Shown here piece after piece: positions 57,899-64,000 of a stretch of 64,000 nucleotides of DNA. A program made the position numbers and the translations under genes. Numbering within the stretch: position 1 is the first letter of the stretch; every line of letters begins with the position of its first letter. The notes under the pieces are model-generated. The model was not told where the DNA came from. It made no database searches and was given only the letters and a program-made list of their open reading frames with translations. The stretch is taken from sequence record MN091626.1, one strand, 5' to 3'.

Positions 57899-58582
57899 TT
57901 ATTGAATTATCTTATTTGGTTTAACTTCACTTTTCATTTTGATTTCAGTTTTAACTTTGTCAAGAACTTCTGATTCATATAAAGAAGGATCTTCTTCATA
58001 TTTTTTAGTCATCTTCTTAACAGCTTCTAATTTATTTTCTAATGGTGCTTCTAATTCTACTTGATTAAATAACCCTTCAAAATTACCGAAAACAAATTCT
58101 TCATTTAATGGAATAAACAGATCTCCATTGTGTGCTAACTCATGAGCAGTATAAGACAAAGGTACAATTCCTATATTACCCTCAAAATGCATTTTAATAA
58201 CGTCTTCAGCTATTTTAAAACTTTCATATGATTTTTTATACTCATAATTAGTTTTAAGTTTTTCTCTGTAGCTAGACACTATATCATATAAAGACAATGG
58301 GTAGTGGTGCATTTCCATAGTTAATCGCTTATCATCATTTATATCAACTTCTGGTATAAATTTACATTTAGTGAGGTCCATTTCAGTTTTCAAAGCTTTA
58401 ATAAATGATTTGTATTCATATGAGCTTCTAACTATTTTTTCAATATATTTATTAAATGTCTCTTCAGACTTTATATCATCTTCATTATTATACATTTCGA
58501 ATTTCTTTGTTTCATCTACATTTAATTCTATTGTTTCGATTAATTTTGGAAGGTCTTTTTTATCTACTTTTGGCATTTGCAT
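57899..58582 (-). CDS. Hypothetical protein with HNH-like His cluster
   Basis: C...EMHHYP...VPLSYTAHELAH; AACA-N6-TA upstream. Confidence 0.55.
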   Translation of the reverse strand: MQMPKVDKKDLPKLIETIELNVDETKKFEMYNNEDDIKSEETFNKYIEKIVRSSYEYKSFIKALKTEMDLTKCKFIPEVDINDDKRLTMEMHHYPLSLYDIVSSYREKLKTNYEYKKSYESFKIAEDVIKMHFEGNIGIVPLSYTAHELAHNGDLFIPLNEEFVFGNFEGLFNQVELEAPLENKLEAVKKMTKKYEEDPSLYESEVLDKVKTEIKMKSEVKPNKIIQ

Positions 58583-58679
58583 AGATTTAATACCTTCTTT
58601 CCAATTTTCTTTTATCTATATTAATATAATTAAATGTTATGAATATTTTTTAGCCTTTATGCGTTTCATGCAAATTTTT

Positions 58680-58694
58680 AAATATATATTATAA
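58680..58694 (+). promoter_or_regulatory. Putative early promoter followed by hairpin
   Basis: Exact motif, then TGAAGTACTA/TAGTATTTCA. Confidence 0.72.
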
Positions 58695-58756
58695 AAGTGA
58701 AGTACTAATTAGCTAATAGTATTTCATAAAAATTACACTAGGAGAGTGAATCGGAT

Positions 58757-60829
58757 ATGAGTAGAATAATACTAAAGAAAAACAACTTGTCAGAAGAAAA
58801 TATCAGTTTAAAGGAGGTTAAACGTTGGTTTAAGAAAGAAATAGATTTTAATCAACCATCTAAAATGATAAATGATAAAAATTATGTAAATAATGTAAAT
58901 AATCTTTTTGATGGTGTTATTAATATTATGAAAGAAAATAAAATAACAGATACAATGTTTAGATTTATTTCCAATGATAATAATGAAGATATTAGAAATA
59001 TTTTTATTATTTATTCAATTGATAGTATTCCTTTTGTTACTAGAGTATATGGACCAAAAATGAATCTTAAAGATAAAAATAGTGATGTAAATGTAGATGC
59101 ATTACTAAAATTTATTAAATCAAGTATCATTGACAATTTAATGATTTACAAATTTTATAAAACTACAGATTTTAGTTTCCATAAAAAACTAAGCAGTTTC
59201 GGTAATTATGAAAGAAATACATTATACGATTTAATTGCTGAAATTAATAAAGATTCTATTATTGCAGCATATAAAGAATTAAGTGTAGATAATTTAGGTA
59301 GTTATTTAATTTCATTAGACAATGAGGAGCTACTAAATAAATCTTATGACGCAATTAATTATTTTGATTTACTAATGGATGCTAATATAAATGTTAGAAG
59401 TAAAGAAGGTAAATTGATTCAAAAGATTGACAGAAATGATATATTTTCAAATAGAACATATTCTGAAGTGTTCACATTTAGTCAACGTTCAGATTATTAT
59501 TTCGCTAGTAATCCATTATTCAATATTCCAAAAGTAAGTGATGTAAGGGATGATACTAGAGTAGATTTATTTATATGTACAAATGGAAAAGAACAAAAAA
59601 TAAGAGATACAAGTGTCTTAACTAGAGAAAATTTATATTTCAATCCATTTAGACAACGATTCTTGTCAGTTAGCTATGAACATCCTATTAGAGAGACATT
59701 AATATATGATTTATTCTTAAGTTTCTTCGGTATAGAAAATATTGAAAATACTTTAAAAAGATTTACATTTGAACTTCTTCAAGGTGTTTATTCAGGAATA
59801 TATTCTAAAGGGAATGTTAATGAAGTTACTTCAAAATCATATTTATTAAATTCAGAAAATAAACGTGGATATACTAAGAAGAAGAAAAATGAGTATCCAT
59901 TAAAAATGAACATATCAGAAACGTTAAGCACTAGTACTCATATAGTAGGATATACTTTATTCAATAACTTCTTATTTGAATATATACAATCAAGTAATAA
60001 AACTATAAAACTTGATGATTTCAATGTTATAAAATTAATGAAATTCATTACTTTTGAAAATAATAACACTGATTTTAATGAAGATATTAAAAATGTCTTT
60101 ACGTCAAGAAAAGATATATTTAATGGTAATAAACGTATTAATACATCTTCGCATAGATATACAAATCTAAAACTAGGTTTAGAATCTTCATTAAATACAA
60201 TATTTAATGAGGATAAAAATTATATTGATGCATTTACTAATCAATATCAAAATATAATTGAAGGAAAATATGCATTTTCTAAACCTGAAAAAGAAAGTAT
60301 TATTGAAATCAATAATGAAGATGAATTAAAAGAAATGCAGGAAGAAATTAAATCAAAAGATTCTAATATAGAATATGTAGAAGAAACTAAAAATGATAAA
60401 AAAGAGGAGAAATTAAATATGTCATATCAAATTATTAAAGAAAATAAATTTACTAAGGATGTATCATTTAAATATGCAGGTTCTACGCATAGAATTGATA
60501 AAATTCGTAAAGGTGATATTGAATTAGAAATTGCTAAACGTAAATTATTCATTAATAAATTAATTAATGATAATACTAAATTTGCTTTCGTAGATAGCGT
60601 AGAGTTCTCGGATAGTCATACTATTAAAGTTACTAATATTGATGGTGAAGTTCAATTTGTTAGTGATTATGTTGATGTTCTTGAAGGTACAGATACTTTA
60701 GAAGAAATTAGAATTAAAGTTACTAATAAAGATTTAGATAGTGATGAAAATTTAGTTAAATTAATTACTGGTGAAGAAACTGATGTTAATTCTTTAGATG
60801 AAGAAATCTTAGATTCATTCATGGTTTAA
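58757..60829 (+). CDS. Large hypothetical early protein
   Basis: RBS AGGAG; no recognised motif. Confidence 0.8.
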   Translation: MSRIILKKNNLSEENISLKEVKRWFKKEIDFNQPSKMINDKNYVNNVNNLFDGVINIMKENKITDTMFRFISNDNNEDIRNIFIIYSIDSIPFVTRVYGPKMNLKDKNSDVNVDALLKFIKSSIIDNLMIYKFYKTTDFSFHKKLSSFGNYERNTLYDLIAEINKDSIIAAYKELSVDNLGSYLISLDNEELLNKSYDAINYFDLLMDANINVRSKEGKLIQKIDRNDIFSNRTYSEVFTFSQRSDYYFASNPLFNIPKVSDVRDDTRVDLFICTNGKEQKIRDTSVLTRENLYFNPFRQRFLSVSYEHPIRETLIYDLFLSFFGIENIENTLKRFTFELLQGVYSGIYSKGNVNEVTSKSYLLNSENKRGYTKKKKNEYPLKMNISETLSTSTHIVGYTLFNNFLFEYIQSSNKTIKLDDFNVIKLMKFITFENNNTDFNEDIKNVFTSRKDIFNGNKRINTSSHRYTNLKLGLESSLNTIFNEDKNYIDAFTNQYQNIIEGKYAFSKPEKESIIEINNEDELKEMQEEIKSKDSNIEYVEETKNDKKEEKLNMSYQIIKENKFTKDVSFKYAGSTHRIDKIRKGDIELEIAKRKLFINKLINDNTKFAFVDSVEFSDSHTIKVTNIDGEVQFVSDYVDVLEGTDTLEEIRIKVTNKDLDSDENLVKLITGEETDVNSLDEEILDSFMV

Positions 60830-60873
60830 TAAAATTAATAAATGCTAAAAACTTTTTAGTTATCTATTAAAAT

Positions 60874-60910
60874 GAAGAGAGTTCAAATACTCTCTTCTTT
60901 ATTTTTTTTT
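60874..60910 (+). terminator. Intrinsic terminator
   Basis: GAAGAGAGT/ACTCTCTTC plus T tract. Confidence 0.8.
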
Positions 60911-60935
60911 ATAACTTTTAGGGATGTGAATAAGA

Positions 60936-61550
60936 TTGATAGACTTTAAAAAAATGCTTAAAGAGAATTCTAGGAACATAGAAATTTATTGTGATGGAGC
61001 AATTAAAGGTGTTAGATCAAAAGGAACTAAATATGGTGGTATTGGAATTATTCCAGTTCAAGAAGATTTATTTGATTATCTATCTATACCTTACATAGGA
61101 GAAGATCTAACTAATAATAAATTAGAAATTTTGGCTGTACTATTCACTATATTATTCTCATTAGAAGTTTCTCAAGATTATAAAGGTAAAACAAATATTA
61201 ATATAAAGTCTGATAGTGAATATACTGTTGATGGATATAATACAAATTTAGATAAATGGATAAATAAAGGATGGAAAAACTATTCAGGTGCTGAAGTTAA
61301 GAATAAAGAATTATGGCAGTTAATGGAAAGAATTAAATATTATTTAAATAGAAACAGAAATAAGTATTATGTAAATTTACAATGGACTAAAGGACATGAT
61401 AATGAAAAATATAATGAATTAGCAGACGAATATGCGGTTAAAGCTAAAATGGAAGCATATGAAGACAATGATAGTGCTTTTTCTATAGATTATGCTATTG
61501 ATAAAGCTGATAAATTTATAACTAAATTAGAAAAGAAAGAGGTATTGTAA
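60936..61550 (+). CDS. rnhA: Ribonuclease HI
   Basis: YCDGA, TNNKLE, SDSEY, GW...VKNKELW, WTKGH, NELADEYA. Confidence 0.92.
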   Translation: MIDFKKMLKENSRNIEIYCDGAIKGVRSKGTKYGGIGIIPVQEDLFDYLSIPYIGEDLTNNKLEILAVLFTILFSLEVSQDYKGKTNINIKSDSEYTVDGYNTNLDKWINKGWKNYSGAEVKNKELWQLMERIKYYLNRNRNKYYVNLQWTKGHDNEKYNELADEYAVKAKMEAYEDNDSAFSIDYAIDKADKFITKLEKKEVL

Positions 61551-62105
61551 ATGGCAACTAAAATAGATTTTAATAATGAAGACGATTATAATGATGTATT
61601 AAATATAAATGATTGGAACAGGCTATGTATGGACTTCTGTATTAGATCTGCTAGTATTAGTAAATGTGCTGCCAAACAAGTTAGTTCAATTGTAGCTGAT
61701 AAAGATTCTATATTCTCTCTTGGAGTAAATGGTTCTTTTCCGGGTAAACTAAATTGTAATGAAATATTTAAAAAAGAAGATGGAATTTGGTACGTAAAAG
61801 ATCTTAATGAAGAAACTAATTTAATTGAATGGGTTAAATGTGAAGATCAAGAACAACATCATAAATGGTCTTTATTAAATGAAGTTCATGCTGAAATAAA
61901 TGCTTTATCTAAAATGAATAAAAAAGGTATTTCTACTGAAGGGTTAGACTTATATTGTACTCACTCACCATGTTATAATTGTGCTAAAAGTATAATTGCT
62001 GCTGGAATTAAAAATGTCTATTTTAATGAATTATATGATGGTTATGAAGATGTTATGGAATTATTAGTTTCAAATAATGTTAACTTCATTAAAGTGGAGG
62101 TCTAG
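61551..62105 (+). CDS. dCMP deaminase
   Basis: S.C...QV..I, GVNG, HAEINAL, THSPCYNCAKSIIAAGI. Confidence 0.9.
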   Translation: MATKIDFNNEDDYNDVLNINDWNRLCMDFCIRSASISKCAAKQVSSIVADKDSIFSLGVNGSFPGKLNCNEIFKKEDGIWYVKDLNEETNLIEWVKCEDQEQHHKWSLLNEVHAEINALSKMNKKGISTEGLDLYCTHSPCYNCAKSIIAAGIKNVYFNELYDGYEDVMELLVSNNVNFIKVEV

Positions 62106-62109
62106 AATT

Positions 62110-62289
62110 ATGTCTTGGTTACCTCTATCAATATTTATATTTATAGGAATATTACTTATTTTATCAACAAATGAAACAAAAAGAATGGTAAGAACTGAAA
62201 AATTGAAAGAAGAAAAAGATTATTTAAAAAGACAAAGATTTAATAATTTAAGGACTAGTCAAAGAAAGCGAGGAAAAAGTAGATGTTAG
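62110..62289 (+). CDS. Small membrane-anchored protein
   Basis: ATG at 62110 behind GGAGG; MSWLPLSIFIFIGILLIL hydrophobic helix then a basic tail. Confidence 0.6.
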   Translation: MSWLPLSIFIFIGILLILSTNETKRMVRTEKLKEEKDYLKRQRFNNLRTSQRKRGKSRC

Positions 62290-62774
62290 ATAATGTAATT
62301 ATACTTAGTGCTTTATCCATAGCATTCTTTTTAACTACTTTAACATTTATATTTCTAACAATTCATTTTAGAAAAGAATTAGTTAAAAATGTTAAAATGA
62401 ATAAAAATTATAGAGATAAAATAGCTATTTTAGAAAAGCAAACAACTGGAAAAGATGTACTAGATTCATTAAATTCTATGATCGATGAGTTTTTAAAACC
62501 TACTTATGATTTAACTATAGAAGAAACATACATGGATTTAAAATTAGACAATCCTCTAGTTTCAACTAGAAATATAACTATATCTGAACAAAGAAAAAAT
62601 GTTATACTTGAAGATGTATTTGAGAAATTCATGAATTATTTATCCGATGATTTTAAAAATAAATTGTCTTTAATATATAAGGAAGATGAAATAGAAAATA
62701 TTGTACTAGATATAATGTACTATAAATTAACTGTATATATTAAAGAACGTAACGAGCTACAAAAAAATTCTTAA
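62283..62774 (+). CDS. Membrane protein with N-terminal transmembrane helix
   Basis: VIILSALSIAFFLTTLTFIFLTIHF. Confidence 0.7.
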   Translation: MLDNVIILSALSIAFFLTTLTFIFLTIHFRKELVKNVKMNKNYRDKIAILEKQTTGKDVLDSLNSMIDEFLKPTYDLTIEETYMDLKLDNPLVSTRNITISEQRKNVILEDVFEKFMNYLSDDFKNKLSLIYKEDEIENIVLDIMYYKLTVYIKERNELQKNS

Positions 62775-62780
62775 AAATAT

Positions 62781-62810
62781 CCCCTAACCTTATTAATTTA
62801 AGGTTAGGGG
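62781..62810. repeat. CCCTAACC palindrome family copy / bidirectional terminator
   Basis: CCCCTAACCTTATTAATTTAAGGTTAGGGG between convergent genes. Confidence 0.85.
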
Positions 62811-62825
62811 TTTATATTATTTTTT

Positions 62826-63593
62826 TTATAATAAAACATTTATTAAATCTGTTAAAAATCTCAATTGATTTTTATAAGATAAATCTTCAATTCTTACTTC
62901 TTCATCAATATCATCTTCAATATACATTTCCAATGTATCCATTTCAATGATATATTTATTTTCAATTATATCTTTATAATAACCAGAAGTTAAATTATAA
63001 TTAATCATATTATCTTTAAATAATAAAAGTTTCTTATACAAATCCATTTTATCTTTCTTTTTATCTTCCCAAAGACACTCTATTAAAAATTTAAACATGT
63101 AATCCATATGATGTTCCTTAACACCATTTTGATAACCTTTTACATCTATTTTATTTTGATATAAGTTTATATAGTGTTCTTTACCTAATACATTTATATA
63201 ATTATCATACTCTTCACTTTCAGCAAATCTAACATGTTTTGATATCTTTAAATTATTACATTTCTTACCAATAACAAATATAGCATCTTTTTTAATACTT
63301 AAAATATCACTATCTTTAAGATTATTATTCTCTATAAAGATTTTTCTAGCTATCTTAAAACCATTCATTAAAACTTCATTCATTTTTTTATTACTTCTCA
63401 ACATTTTACCAATAATAACATTTCTTTCATATTTCTGAGTATTTCTTAATTTATTATATTGTTCTTCATTAAGATAACCTGAATCATATAATATATTCAT
63501 ACCAGCTGATTTAATATCATATTCAGTAATTACAGTATCTTTAATATATCTTACGTCTGATGTGTAATTAGTTTTCATGTATAAATTAGACAC
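62826..63593 (-). CDS. Divergent DNA-polymerase-B-like palm fragment
   Basis: EYDIKSAGMNIL (motif A-like) and ILSIKKDAIFV (motif C-like position). Confidence 0.5.
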   Translation of the reverse strand: MSNLYMKTNYTSDVRYIKDTVITEYDIKSAGMNILYDSGYLNEEQYNKLRNTQKYERNVIIGKMLRSNKKMNEVLMNGFKIARKIFIENNNLKDSDILSIKKDAIFVIGKKCNNLKISKHVRFAESEEYDNYINVLGKEHYINLYQNKIDVKGYQNGVKEHHMDYMFKFLIECLWEDKKKDKMDLYKKLLLFKDNMINYNLTSGYYKDIIENKYIIEMDTLEMYIEDDIDEEVRIEDLSYKNQLRFLTDLINVLL

Positions 63594-63664
63594 TGCAATT
63601 ACCTCCTCTATAATATTTTAATAAACCAATTACTATTTAAAAATACATTAGCTAAGCAATTCAT

Positions 63665-63799
63665 TTATAATCCTCCTATATAATCATCGCCAGCCTCTTT
63701 ACTAATTTCATATTCTCTCTCAATATCTTCTTCTGATTTACCTTGTAATCCTTCTGCAACTTCACCATATTCATCAAGTAAAAAATCTAAAAATCCCAT
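63665..63799 (-). CDS. Small acidic hypothetical protein (44 aa, not in the ORF track)
   Basis: GAGGAGG RBS; MGFLDFLLDEYGEVAEG... Confidence 0.55.
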   Translation of the reverse strand: MGFLDFLLDEYGEVAEGLQGKSEEDIEREYEISKEAGDDYIGGL

Positions 63800-64000
63800 T
63801 ATAAAACCTCCTCAAAATTGTAATCTAATTATCTTCGTAAATTTTAATTCTTAACAAAGTTATGTTTCATCAATGTCTTAATAAATTCTTTATTAGTTAA
63901 CCAATCTCCAGTATTATTAACTACTTCAAGATCAGTTACTTCATCTAAATCTTTCTTTTCTTTCTCTAAATCTTCTTTATTTCTTCCTTCACGTTTAACT

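Noticed and set aside
34129-62810. TTAGGG/CCCTAA resembles the vertebrate telomere repeat
   Set aside because: Single copies as hairpin arms, never tandem; coincidental.
1-64000. Reverse transcriptase, retron or DGR system
   Set aside because: No YxDD-type RT ORF and no template/variable repeat pair with A-specific mismatches seen in this window; the lysin and Ig repeats differ at mixed, mostly synonymous positions.

Overview
The window is a very AT-rich segment of a lytic jumbo myophage genome, best matching the AR9/PBS1-like group. The CHAP and amidase lysins with SH3b domains point to a Staphylococcus host, as in the MarsHill/Madawaska/Machias/SA1-type phages; this placement is by gene content, not a database search. 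It encodes: split multisubunit RNA polymerase subunits (one beta-prime catalytic part, two different beta-prime C-terminal parts, one intron-split beta); an intron-split family B DNA polymerase; an SbcC/Rad50 ATPase; an SF2 helicase; a T4-gp20-like portal; RNase HI; dCMP deaminase; a HAD nucleotidase; a minus-strand late block (Ig-domain protein, two lysins, collagen/beta-helix fibre, acidic putative inner-head proteins); four Zn-finger-repeat PD-(D/E)xK endonucleases; and tRNA-Asn. Two group I introns could be placed to the nucleotide (19843-20867 + in polB; 46719-48018 - in rpoB). They share a nearly identical ribozyme scaffold but carry unrelated homing endonucleases. The least explained features are: (i) 14-15 mostly early genes with conserved N- and C-terminal motifs around unrelated middles; (ii) a ~630-nt structured non-coding locus (hairpin RNA with an exposed anti-Shine-Dalgarno loop, tRNA-Asn, a tRNA-like element with an aberrant anticodon loop, and a further ~350 nt of hairpins) bracketed by two paralogous nucleases; (iii) two phage promoter classes readable from the sequence; (iv) a dispersed CCCTAA...TTAGGG palindrome family. 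No CRISPR array, reverse transcriptase or rRNA was seen.
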